Of a stretch of 64,000 nucleotides of DNA, positions 26,495 to 40,400 are shown piece after piece. Under the pieces are notes generated by a model. It was not told the DNA's origin. It worked only from the letters and a program-made list of their open reading frames with translations, and searched no databases. The DNA lies in the NCBI RefSeq assembly GCF_006345805.1, contig NC_043007.1, positions 40,858,001 through 40,922,000 of the forward strand. Reading direction: 5' to 3'. Made by a program: the position numbers and the translations under genes. Source of the DNA: Octopus sinensis (lineage: Eukaryota). Position 1 is the first letter of the stretch. Each line of letters starts with the position of its first letter.

Positions 26495-29222
26495 AACATA
26501 CATATATATATTTATATGTGTGGATGGGGGCACACCACCACGACTCTCACCTACAAAGGCAAGTTATCCAGAAACAAGCAAGAGCAATATCACTGGCTTC
26601 ACCATGAGGCATGTGTTGATTTGAAGTTTCCTTCTCTTAGAGAGATGTCTAAGCAAAGACCAGGAGGTCTCTCATTCCCAGCTGTTGGATGACCATTGAC
26701 TGGATGGCCATCCAGTGTTTGATAGTTTTTTGTCTTCATCCGGCAGAGTATCCAACCAAAACCATCCTGTTTATCAAACAGGCCCACTAGTGTTGCTGGT
26801 TTAGTTGCCATCGGCCTGAGCACGTGACAGTTTCTGCTGGGTTACATGTTACAAGTAGCAATACGAATGATTTGACACAAAATGCATACATAAGTATATA
26901 GATAAATAGACAGGCAGATAGACAGACAGACAGACAGGGTGTATGTATTTATATATACTTTACTTGGGCTTCTCTCCAACTTATTTTACAGCCATCACAC
27001 CCGAATACAGATGTAACAATCTAACAGAATTTCAGCTGAATCAATACAATATATCAATCAATGAAGTAAGTCTAATATATGATAAATGCTCCATAGACAT
27101 CATCAACAGCAATGAAGAGAGTACTACCAAACACCAAACTCTGGACTGCCTCAATGGTTATTACTATACCACTCCAGTGGATAAGTCTATAGTCTCACAG
27201 GTTGGTTGAATTCTATTACTGTATTAAACAATTGTTTTATTTCAGGATTTATTTATTTATTTGTCACAATTTCATGTCACCTCTGTTTTCTGTAAGAAAC
27301 CTATGGACATCGTAAGTTTGTAAAACATAACTTTAAAAAAAAAATACAAATATCATAACATTTAACACTTTTCCATCGTGTATTAATGAATTAATAAAGC
27401 GATCATCATTTATTAAATGAACAGGTGAATATATTTATAAAGTAATAAAAACTATTTCATATAATTGTTTTCTTAGTGCTATATAATAGTAATTTTCATT
27501 AATTCTCTTTTCATTACACTGTTATCTTTTAAAAAATTTTACTAGACAAAACTATAAACAGACGACAGAACACTATGAGCTATGAGGTTAACGGAGCTGA
27601 CTTACTGACATTGTCATTAGTCCTTACAATCAGATACATATAGCACTGTCAGAAGAATTAACCGTTTTTAAACAAACTTTGCCGAGGTTTTGGCTGGAAC
27701 CTGCTTTAAGCATGCCACATAACCTCCCATACCTTTTTTTCATATTTTGAAACTTCCAAAAAATGTTTGCGAATTTGTTCTACACATGGGAATTCATATG
27801 ACTATGCAAACACCATATTTTTCGATATCTTTCTCCCCCCACAAACATATTTAATGGTCCATTGCTGGAATTTCAACCAAATATTCGTACTGTCCGTTTT
27901 TTAAACTGTAATTTTTTCTATGGAAAAATTAGAAGAACAATTTATTTTTAAATTTCGAAAAGTTAAAAAAAAATATCTTAAAATTTCGAAAAAACTTTTT
28001 TAATAGTCGTATGAATTCCCGTGTGTAGAACACAAATTTTTAAAATAAGTTGTGAGGGATTATATGGAATGCTTAATGCAGAATTCTGCTGATGTTTCAA
28101 CACTAAGAGGACACAAATATTTATATGAGATAGCAAAACAAATGTATAGAAGTTATTTTTTAATGCCTAAATAAAGACAAACATAGAAAAAAATTGTATT
28201 TACTCGTCAATAAATTATCCCCGTCGTCTTTCTAACACAGAAATAAATACCTATAATATATCAGAAGATCGGGGCCATTCTTTACCCCCGCAGGTTTGAG
28301 AGACCCCACACAAAGTTTATGTTTATAACGATAACTTCAGCTCAAAATAACGGTACATTTTTACTGTCAGAAATTAAATGCCAAGGAATAGAACTTGAAA
28401 AGGAGCATGTGTGCTAAGGAACATAATGAATCTTTAATTTTGCATATTTTTAGTTACTCAGCTTATTAATTTAGGGTTTCTAGTCGTAAGGTATAAATGA
28501 CTTTTGCCCATATGATGCATGATAAAGAAGTTCGTAACAACATACAGATAAAATTTGAATTATTTATACACACCACTTAATCAAGTAATCCTAACTTTGT
28601 CTATACAGTATGTTTCAGAGGACGGGTTAATATGTGTATGTGAATATTGGTTGCTCTTTCACAACTTTACATCAAATATCACAAACTTACTTGGAGAAAT
28701 TGCCTCCCTTAGAAATTATCTGTCATGAAAATGACATGCAGACAAAAGTTGAACTCTACACATTAATTAAGTAATTCTCTGTTCACTTTAAATTATGCTT
28801 GTTTTTACAGTGGGACTTGCTCTGCAACAGCGTAGGATTGGCTGAATCAACTCAGACTTTTTACACTTTTGGTCAAATGGTTAGTGGTCTGTTAGCACCA
28901 TGTTTGATAGAAAAATTCGGACGAAAATCTATGAGAGTGACAAGTCATATCTTGCTGTTAATTTTCAACTTAATCGCCGCATTTTCTCCGTATTATTGGT
29001 TGTTTACAACTATGAGATTTTTTATTGGAGGAGCTCGTGAGGTAATGCCTTTATACTCCTTCCTAACACATGCATTCACTGAGACACTCGCTGACTCTGA
29101 CATATATATGTACATTTATGTTTGATTGTATTGCATATACAGAGTACAAAGACACATGCATACGTACATATATACAATATATACTAAACTACACACACGC
29201 GCACACATACAAAAACACACAC

Positions 29223-29268
<46 letters not shown>

Positions 29269-29351
29269 ATGAATGTATGCATGTATATATATATGTACAT
29301 ATGTGTGTGTATGTATGTATGTATATGTATATATCTATATCTATCTATCTG

Positions 29352-29428
<77 letters not shown>

Positions 29429-31263
29429 TCTGGTTAAACTTTACTAATTTTTAAGTGTCCTTTGTATTTCAGGCACAGCTTGCGGTATTGGTGAACATCC
29501 AACGGCATTGGAGGGAATCAAGTTTAAAGATGGTGAGAGCGTAAGGATTAAAGTTGTTGAGAAAAAGTTAGCTGTCATGGAGGACTGGAGGCCATCTGAA
29601 TATTGGAAAAGATTTACCTGTATTAAGATGATTCGAACTGGGTATCAAAATGCTGTAAACGCTGTGAAGGCATTAAGATGTACTATGGAAACCGTGGAAA
29701 TAAAGATCCCTCAAAATGTAAAGGTCTTTGGGTGTATCTACAGTAAGGATGACGTCATGTCGCCCCGCATCTTTGAACAGAGCTTTAGGTTCAATTCAGA
29801 CCTGAGAAAGGCACCGACCATTCTGCCTGCAACACTAAGGCCGAGATCAAGGAAGTCAAGATCAAGGAGGTGCTCGAAGATCTTCCCAGGGACACAGTGA
29901 GGTATGCATCTGCCAGTTTCTGGAGCCGCCATGCGGCCATGGTGGAAGCTGAAGGCGGCTGTTTTAAGAAACTGCTATCTCTCAGCAATAATCTATCTAG
30001 TTGATATTTTTTGATTATTTAAAATAATTTTAACTTTAGATGGGATATTGATATCTTTTCGTTTTATGCTGTCAAATTTGGCCCGAACACCCTATACACA
30101 CACACACGCACACACAAAGAGAGAGAGAAAGAGAAAGACAGAAAAAAAGAAGAAGAGGAGGAGGAGGAAGAAGGAGGAGGAGGGAAGAAGAAGAAGAAGA
30201 AGAAGAAGAAAAGAAGAAGAAGAAGAAATAAGGAGAAGGAGAGAAGAAGAAGAAGAAGAAGAAGAAGAAAAGAAGAAGAAGAAATAAGGAGAAGGAGAGA
30301 AGAAGAAGAAGAAGAAGAAGAAGAAGAAGAAGAGAAGAAGAAGAAGAGAAGAGAAGAAGAAGAGAAAAGAAGAAGAAGAAGAAGAGAAGAAGAAGAGAAA
30401 AGAAGAAGAAGAGAAGAGAAGAAGAAGAAGAAAAGAAGAAGAAGAGAAGAAGAAGAAGAAGAAGAAGAAGAAGAAAAAGATTATAGTAATTGAACTTTCA
30501 ACTTTCTTTGGTTTTCATGTTTCATATATAATTTCATTGAAGGGCCCATCCTTTTGTAGGATCAATGTTTATGGAAATTAGAAGTGGTGTAAACGAGTTT
30601 GTCGAGGGAGGGAATAGATGGTTATGTATAGAGAGTGATAGAAATGTAGAGAAAGACGGTAATTATCAATAGGTAAAAATAGAGTAAAAGGGTTGTTGAA
30701 GTTCATGTTCGTTTGGCAGCAATCACTGGCTTTATTAAATTTAACATGTGAGATTATTGTTTGCTCACAAGGAAAGAAAATGAAAACTCTGTTATATACA
30801 TAGATTCTCCAACCAACCTCAAAATTTAGTAAGACACCTTATTAAGACCATATCACTAAGTCTCTCCGTTTCATTATCAAATAAGTCTGTAATCAACGAA
30901 ATATCAACTATATACAATGAAACACATTAGCGGTTATAAAGGAAAGACCAACACATAAAGATATTAAAGCAACAATAAACATTAAAAGAAAGGTTTGCTG
31001 ATTCAATTTGCCCTTCAACAGACAAAACACTTATATGTGGCTCATTTTTCAAAATTCTTGTCGAAATATAATTTTCTACAACTAAGATCTTTGAAATCAT
31101 GTTGTTACATATAGACACCATATATGAAAACCACAATCATATACCCAATCCTATCAACTGAAAATGCAATACCATTCATCCTACTTTCTAAAAAAGAAGG
31201 TACCTCTTTGATATCATAATTTATAGAGCGAGAGTAATCATCAGCACGGAAACAGCTACAGTA

Positions 31264-31331
<68 letters not shown>

Positions 31332-33696
31332 CTATTAAACAATTCATTATCAATTATCATTGATCTATTAAACAGTTCATTATGACATACTGTTAATACA
31401 CGCACACATTTCGTAATCTAAATAGGAAATCGACACTTCACTGAACATTCATTATCATTGAAATACGAAACCTTTCTATATAACACACATACATGCATAC
31501 ATACATACATACATACATACATACATACATACATACATACATACATACATACATACATACATACATACATGCAGGCATGCTTGCATACATACGTACGTAC
31601 ATACATACATACATTTTCATAGCCTTTGGCGAATTTTTGTTGGAATTTTCCTGTAATTCTCTTTCGGTCAGTCTCATTTAAAGTAAGTTAAATTAATAGT
31701 GATCAAGAATATAGATTCTCTGGGGAATCAGTAGAAGAAATTCAAAATAGAGAGAGACAAGTAAAAATATTACAGAACCATTAGTAGTTTTCCAAATGAT
31801 GATTGATATTAATATAGTCCAGTCTTCTGAACATCAGTATACGAATAAACAGCGTGCTCAGATTTGGGAAAATTCATTGCCAGTGATTATAAATTGGTAG
31901 AGAACACATATCTCTTAGTAAAAATTGAACTTTCTTCAATAAGTACAAAGAAATTTACAAATAATCGTGAAATATTTCCAAAGGCTTATATTTTTATCTG
32001 CAAAAGAAAGACAGCAGTCCATCCTTCTTCCATAACATTTATGTACTGCCGATCAACGTATGGAGTAAAACAGTATCAGTTCGATTAACCTTCAACTCTT
32101 GAAATATAAATATATTTTTAATGAAACACATAACATTAATTCTATGAAATAATGTTCCACATTAATATTTCGATGATATCAAATATATATTGTTATGTAA
32201 CACCCTGAATTATCCACACTATTTAATCTTCTTTCAATGTTTGAAATTTTCTTTACAATTTTGTTCCCTTTTCAGCTATATTTTCTTAGCTCCCTTGCTC
32301 TGGTATGCGAGCTATACCCACAGGAAAAACGTATCATTATGTCTGGTATATTTATGTGTACCTGGGGACTCTTTGGTTCTTCTCTTGGGTTGATAGCCTA
32401 CCTGTTAAAAGATTACAGTTGGAACATGTTATTCCTGTTTAATACTGTCATCTCAGGATACTTTCTAGTGGATTTCTTGTAAGTACTATTTACCCACATT
32501 TCTTGGGAGTATTTTAAATTTCCTTCAAAACAACTTGAAAATCTTGCATATCCAGTTTAGTTTCGCTACTAAACCCTCTACTTTTCTATTTTTAACACTG
32601 TTTCTTTGATAAACCCTATCGACATTACTCTAATCTCTCTTTTTAAAAACGCCCACCACCTGTTGTTGACGAACCTTCCCCTGTCAACTTCTCCTTAACT
32701 AATTTGTTGACCCAGACCCTGTAAACCATACGTGCCGGAAACGACATGTTCAGTTTCCAGTGCCCGGGTCCTAACCTATGCGTCTTATCTATATCGACCG
32801 TACAAATTACAATTTTATGGTCTGAATAGGCAACCGTTTAAAAAGTGGGCATCCTACACTATTGCTATCTATTTCCCTATGGAAAATGCTATCTATATTC
32901 GATCTAGATGACCCTAAGAAGTTGATCCAGTTCCACACTTGTGCGTTAGGGAAATCTCGTCGGTACCTGTCATCATCACCCTCCATCGTTACCCCACCTC
33001 TACACATTCCCACCCCACTCCCATATACCCCACCCTTACTTCACCCCCACCTTCACCTCTCCCACACCCCAACACCGCCATACCAAACACCTCCACACCA
33101 CACACCACCACACCACGCACCACCATTACCACACCATCCCGCACACATTTGTACTGATCACTTTCCAGCACCCACACACCTACACATGCACACACACACA
33201 CGTCAAGGTCACCATCCCTCTTTCATATGCACACACACGCGCTCACATACCTACGCACGCGCACCTTCATTTTGGGATCACCAATACTTTTTTCATTTCC
33301 CCTTCTTCCTAGCTCTCCTGTCTGACCACCCCTGCCCGGCATTCGCCATGAATGATCGCTAGCCACTAAACCTTTTTTTATTTTCTCTCTCCGCTTATTT
33401 CTGTGTTCTTCTCTGTTGAAGAGCATATGCTCGAAACGTAAAAGTCTTTCTCACTTCCCGAGCGTTAAACTAATACATCTGTTTGTAGTTTGCACACCCG
33501 TCTTCGTCTTTTGTTATGTTTTTCTTTTGTAAATTCCATTGTAAATTCCAACTATATATATATATATATATATACACATGCATGTATGTATATACATATA
33601 TATATATACATGCATGTATGTATATACATAATATATATATATACATGTATGTATATATATACATATATATATATACACATGCACATACACGCACAT

Positions 33697-33747
<51 letters not shown>

Positions 33748-35216
33748 CACACGTATTATAAATGTGCACATGGCCTCAAACACTCATTTACTTTAGAATA
33801 TCTGCCCAGACAATTATTAGCTTATATTTACGTTATTATGCTTGCAGTTTCCTGAAGGAATCTATCCGTTGGCTATTTGCCAACTCGAAAGTAAAAGCAG
33901 CCGAAAAAATTATCAAACAAGCAGCAAAACAGAACAAAGTCGACTTTGATAATATCTGGAGCATGACTTCAGAAAATACTTCGCAAGAAGTTGATGGACA
34001 CATGAAAGAAACCACACTTGAGTGCCGAAATGGTAACTCCAAAGTCCAACAAGATGTCACAAATGTTGTCCAACATAAACAACTACAAACCGAAAAGGAA
34101 TCCTCACTGCCTGTCAAGTTACTTGCTATCTTTAAATCACCTTATCTGAGGAAAGTAACCATCGTTGTGTCTATAGAACGGTAAGTTTCACTGTCTTATT
34201 CTTGATACTATTGTAATAGTTACCATTATATCTTCAGAAGAATAATCAAGGGTATGACTTTTATTAAAGTAACTTTGATTGTGCTTGAATATCAAAATAG
34301 ACAATATATATTTTTGTTTCATGATTAGAAAGTATGTTATATGAGACTTGCTTTCCTAAAGAATATTAATGAAGTGAGATATATCTATGAAAACGGTGTA
34401 AATTATTTCTCTATAAATTTGACACGTTGTTTGTTTAAATTCTTTTATCACTCTATTATCCACAAGCTGTTGATTAGTATTAAACTGATTTACATGCAGT
34501 CATTTACATTTACATTTGTTTTCTTAAGTTAATCTTGAAAATATCCTCGTCAGTTTATAGCCTTAACTTTTCCTTGAGGCAATATTCCCTTAATCACAAA
34601 CATTCATAGTCAGAAATATATATATATCAGACCTATTACATAAAGCATGGTTAAAATGTCTACAATCCATATTAGTAGAGTAAGTTAACAGTGTTTGTTT
34701 CTTTGGTTTACAGTGCTGTAAATGTAGGTTCATGGAACAGTGTTTTTCAAATGATGGAAGTTTTTGCTGGCAACATCTATCTCAACTCTTCTGTGGTGGC
34801 CTTATTTGATGTATTTGCTAATGGAATTTACTCTGTGCTAGCAAGAAGGTAATTGATATGTACTATTAACATAATTTGAGGGAATGGAGAAAGTCGACTG
34901 ACTCGTATATTAAGTCAAAGGCCACTCGGTTCTTTACTTACGTTGTTCGACATTCTGGATTTTATAGAGCAAAGTTTATTTACATCACATAGATTTAATT
35001 GGAGTTCTTACAGTGATAGAAAACCCATCAGTTTCATTAACGATCGGTTTTCTGTAAGGGTTTCAGAGTTTGTATTCTGGGTAACACACACACACATATA
35101 TGTATATATATATATATATATATACATACATGCATACATACATACATACATACATACATACATACATACACATACATACATACATACACACATACATACA
35201 TACATACATACATACA

Positions 35217-35249
<33 letters not shown>

Positions 35250-35338
35250 CGCTCGTATTAAGTATATAACTTTGATACAATAGAGCACACAATATAAATT
35301 CAGTATATAATATTCTCATTGAATATATTTAACTAAAG

Positions 35339-35431
<93 letters not shown>

Positions 35432-35583
35432 CATGCATGCACTATATATTTATGCATCGTTATACATGCATATACATACAGATATATATACATATACATA
35501 CGTATATATACCTACACACATACACATACACACATATATATAAACTTTCAGCTAATGAATATATATATATGTATATGTATGTG

Positions 35584-35619
<36 letters not shown>

Positions 35620-35978
35620 TGTATGTATGTATGTATGTATGTATGTATGTATATACCAGAGTAATCACATAAATGCGAAACAAGGTGGAAAAAATAGTAC
35701 TCGAATACCAGTTTAATATGTGTTATTATATAGCACCAAAAATATCATTAAAAATGTTACTCAATTTCACGGTCCCGTTCGTCTGACCTTTTTGTTTAGA
35801 ATTCTAAACGCTGAGTAACAGTTTTTGTGATATTTTTGTTGCTTTTTGATAAAGTATACATAAATGTATACATACATACATACATACATACATACATACA
35901 TACATACATACATACATACACATACACACACACACACACCACACACACACACACCACACACACACACCACACACACAC

Positions 35979-36057
<79 letters not shown>

Positions 36058-37372
36058 AAGGTATTTGAGGACATACATTTTTGGGGTCATTGCTGTATTT
36101 TTTTCTAACTCTGTATAATCTTCGTTTCAGAAAATAATTATGACAGATCTTCAGCTTACTCAAAAAATGAAGTGGCATGCTGTTACTGTGGTTATAAAGG
36201 CTGATCATAGCCATTTAGAAATATCTCGATTTTTAAAAGTTGTCAGATCTTTCATCTACAAAGTTTGTAAGGGGTTAGAGACTGAAGATGGAAACGTATC
36301 ACCAGTATCAAAGCATAAAAAGAATTCTAAACGCTGTGAAATCATGAGAACATCTAAATGTATCCAGTAAGTTCAACAGACCATTGAGTACAATCCCAGA
36401 AAGTTTATGAGGTCAGTTGCAAAATATCTCCATGTATCAGAAGTAGCAGTCAGAAATGTTGTCCACGAAGACATAAGATATAAGTTTTATATGATGAGGA
36501 AAGATCAATTTGTCAGAAAAAGCAAAAGAAAATCACTACATCAGATATAAAAAGCTCTTAAACAAGCTGAAAAATCCAACAGAAAAAGATTTGATTTGGT
36601 TTTTCTCAAATGAGAAAAACATCGGCCAAAATTTAACAGAAAAATGACAGATGGTTATGTTCAGACCCTTCTGAAGTTCCAAGTGTCATGCATACAAAAT
36701 TTCCTGCAACTGTCATGGTTTTAGGGTTGTCAGCAATGAAGGACATGTGATGCCTTCTTACTTCTTTCCACAAGGCCCTAGAGTTAACTCTGCCACCTAC
36801 ATTGAGCTCTTGGAAATAATCGTTAAACCCTGGGCAGACAGTGTATGCAATAGAAGGCCATATATGCACTATCCACATGGCTCTGGTAACACATGATCAC
36901 ATAATCCCTAACGTTTGCCCTTCTTAGTCCCCAGATCTCAATCCATTTGACTATTATACGTGGAGCATTGTTGAGAGAGAGGTCATTGAACACGCCCATA
37001 ACACCAAAGATACTTTGAAAGTTGCCATGATCAGAGTAATGTCCAAAATGAACCAGGACCACTTTGTTTGAGCAGGTAGATGATTTAGATCTCATATAAA
37101 AGCAGTTGTTGAAGCTGAAGGTGGCTTTATTGAATACCATTATAGAACAGAAGGTTTATTTCTATCCTCATAGCATTTTTTTGATAAATAAAGTTATCTG
37201 TTATTATATATGATTTTTTTTTTATCTGTTATATATCTGTTTTTTTTTATAAATATAAATCTGTCCTCTCAAATATCTTACGCACCCTATATATATAAAC
37301 TTCCATCTGATGAAGATTTATATATGTGTGTGTGTATGTATATATGTATGTATATATGTCTGTATATATATA

Positions 37373-37435
<63 letters not shown>

Positions 37436-40400
37436 CTGAAACGGTTTTTCTTTCTTAGATTCGGTCACAAAATATCCCTACAAAGTTTAAAGATACTTTC
37501 TGCCACGTGTGTCATCTCTGTTTCGCTGATAAAAATATTGGCAGGTAATATCAAGCATATATATTCTATATTTGTAGCATGTTTTTCATTTTTTTTTCTT
37601 TAACAACCTTGTAATCACTTTATTCATCCTACTATTTACTTACCTGCAATAGTGTTTTATGGTATCTCACTCAGGTAGTAGGATTAACATCCACTTGGTT
37701 GTCATAGCGATATCGAATTTTCTGCGTTCACCCATGAAAACGGGGCGATACTCTGCAGTTTTAATTGTCTATTTCTAACATCAGAAGGGAATATATGAGC
37801 CCACAACTGTAACATAGTAAAAAAAATCCTTCCTTCCAAGTGCCGCGGTAAATATCGACATCAGTCATATTAACTATCTGAAATTTGGTCGAACAAAAGT
37901 ATACATGAATGTTTAGCAGTGTAGCACGTGTCTGTAATGGCACAGTATAGGCAAACTATGCACCCTTCTTTCTCTATCTTTCTCTCACTTTATCACTATC
38001 TCTTTCTTTCTTTCGTTGGATTATTATTCATATAATTTCATAACGATACCAATGTTACTGTCTATACTCAATACTCTCTGTTACATTCCAGTTTAATACA
38101 ATCTAATACTATGTAACCGACAGTACTACAATGTGCCAATATCTCAGATTTTATAGTTGCTTTTCAAATATTGTGGTTATCAAAATATTCATTTCTCATT
38201 TACGCAACTTTCACTTTCAAAATTATAGTTTCATATCACTAAAATAAAGACTGATTCAGTTCTTACAGTTTTCCTTTTCCAAAGTCGCCTAAACCATTTA
38301 TCCAGCTTGTCACTCTATCCCCATTTATTGCTAACAGGTTTCATTAATTTCCTGGGTCCAAAAGGCATTCAAGACCTAAGGTACGATGGTTTTTCAAAAT
38401 TTCAGCTGACATTCCTGTAAAACTGGCTGAACGCCAAGTTGCGATGAATAGAAGTTTCTGTTATTTCTCTAACACGTTTAATTCAAACATGTCAGAGAAA
38501 CGAGAACCACAATGTAGAGTGGCTACTGCAACGCATGTCGCTGATCTTTCTCTGTGGCAGCATTATCGCAATCATTACCACGGCTCAGTCGCCCTCTTGT
38601 TTTAGGGTCAATATGATTATTAAATATTCACCTAAAATGAATGGCCTTTGCCTATGTTAGAAATCACCATTGTTTGTTATTTTGTTGTTATTATTATTAT
38701 TGGTATTGGCACACCTTATATTGGTTTCATCGAATTCTTGCCTAAATACTAAGGCTTCTTTCATCGCTAACGTACGTTTTTTTTTTCTTCTAGAGAGCAG
38801 TAAAACAATGGAATATGTCATTCTCGGTTTGTATGTTTTGGCCGCCGCTGGACTGAATGCTGCTTCCTGTGGTGATTACATTTACACCTCAGAACTCTAT
38901 CCTACACAAATAAGGTACGAAACCACTGGTAATAAATGTTTCTGTAGAAATGGCAAGATGCCTACCTTTGTTTTTATATGGCTCAGAACCTGGGAATTAA
39001 ATTTGGAATTCAAAATTGAAATAAAGTTTAACTGAGTCTCAAATTCATATTAAAATAGATAAATACATTTCCATAATTTAAATTGTAGTTCGTATCTCAG
39101 TTTTATTTTAATTAACTAATTGCATATTTATACTTTCCTAAGTCGTGTCGTCCCCTAAACTTACTTAATTTCATTTCTTGTAAAACTTTTGATTTTATCA
39201 ATTTGAAGTTGAAAGACCTGTATTCTACTAATTTAGGAATGAGAGAAGTTTGAACTAGTAAAGCTCATTGCCGAAATTTAATTGCTGTTTGGAGACATTA
39301 GGAAACTGGATTTTGGAGACAGGGTAGAAACAATGTAATCGTTGTTACATTTAAAAACAAGTTAAACAAACGAGACATTTTCTGTAGAGTGTAACCCCTT
39401 GTTCTACCTTTTATAGCTTAGTGTATCTGAAGTATTTGTCGATTTATAAATTCTTATTAAACATTGTTTATCGCCGTAAATCTCTTGTGATTGTAGAAGT
39501 GTTGGAAGTGGTTTTGTTACAACTTTTACACGCCTTGCATGCATGGCATCACCTTTCCTCAAACTCGTGGTAAGTAAATGTCCTTTCTATCGAATCTAAA
39601 CTTTAAAAATATTCAAATACATGGTTTTAATTACTAAGACTGTTATCAATGATTTTCATTATATAACACATGCTACTCCATACATATATAGTGGTATCAA
39701 AGTTTCTCGCTAACACTATTCGTTTCACCCTCTAGATATTTGCATATCTGTTGAAAATGTGTTCCAGAAAACATACAAAGTGCATTCCAGAGGTTTTGCG
39801 AGATTTTCAAGAGGGGCACTTATGTATTTCAAAGAAACACAAAATTCTAATGCCCTTCAATCTAGGATCCCCTGCACTTGTTTTAGAGCTCCATCTACTT
39901 CGTAAAGTCCACGGCTGTGTGGTAAGTAGCTTGTTTACCAATCACATGGTTCCGGGTTCAGTCCCACTGCGTGGCATCTTGGGCAAGTGTCTTCTACTAT
40001 AGCCTCGGGGTGACCAAAGCTTTGTGAGTGGATTTGGTAGACGGAAACTGAAAGAAGCCCGTCGTATATATGTATATATATGTATGTGCGTGTATGTTTG
40101 TGTGTCTGTGTTTGTCCCCCTAGCATTGCTTGACAACCGATGCTGGTGTGTTTATGTCCCCGTTACTTAGTGGTTCGGCAAAAGAGACCGATAGAATAAG
40201 TACTGGGCTTACAAAGAATAAGTCCCGGGGTCGAGTTGCTCGACTAAAGGCGGTGCACCAGCTTGGCCGCAGTCAAATTGACTGAAACAAGTAAAAAGAG
40301 AGAAAAAAAAAGAGAGATAGTATTCCTCTAAAGTGAAGGTGTCCAGGATCCTTGTCACAGTCTCCTTCATCTTCTTAATGTTTACAAAATGACTTTTCTT

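Noticed and set aside
31105-31353. Minus-strand ORF with a hydrophobic tail (…[16 protein letters not shown]) as a nested gene exon
   Set aside because: Begins in a microsatellite, no recognisable family motif, and no partner exons.
36282-36298. CTGAAGA-TG-GAAAC-GTA hammerhead-like string
   Set aside because: No stem II is possible, and it lies within the maT transposase remnant; chance match.
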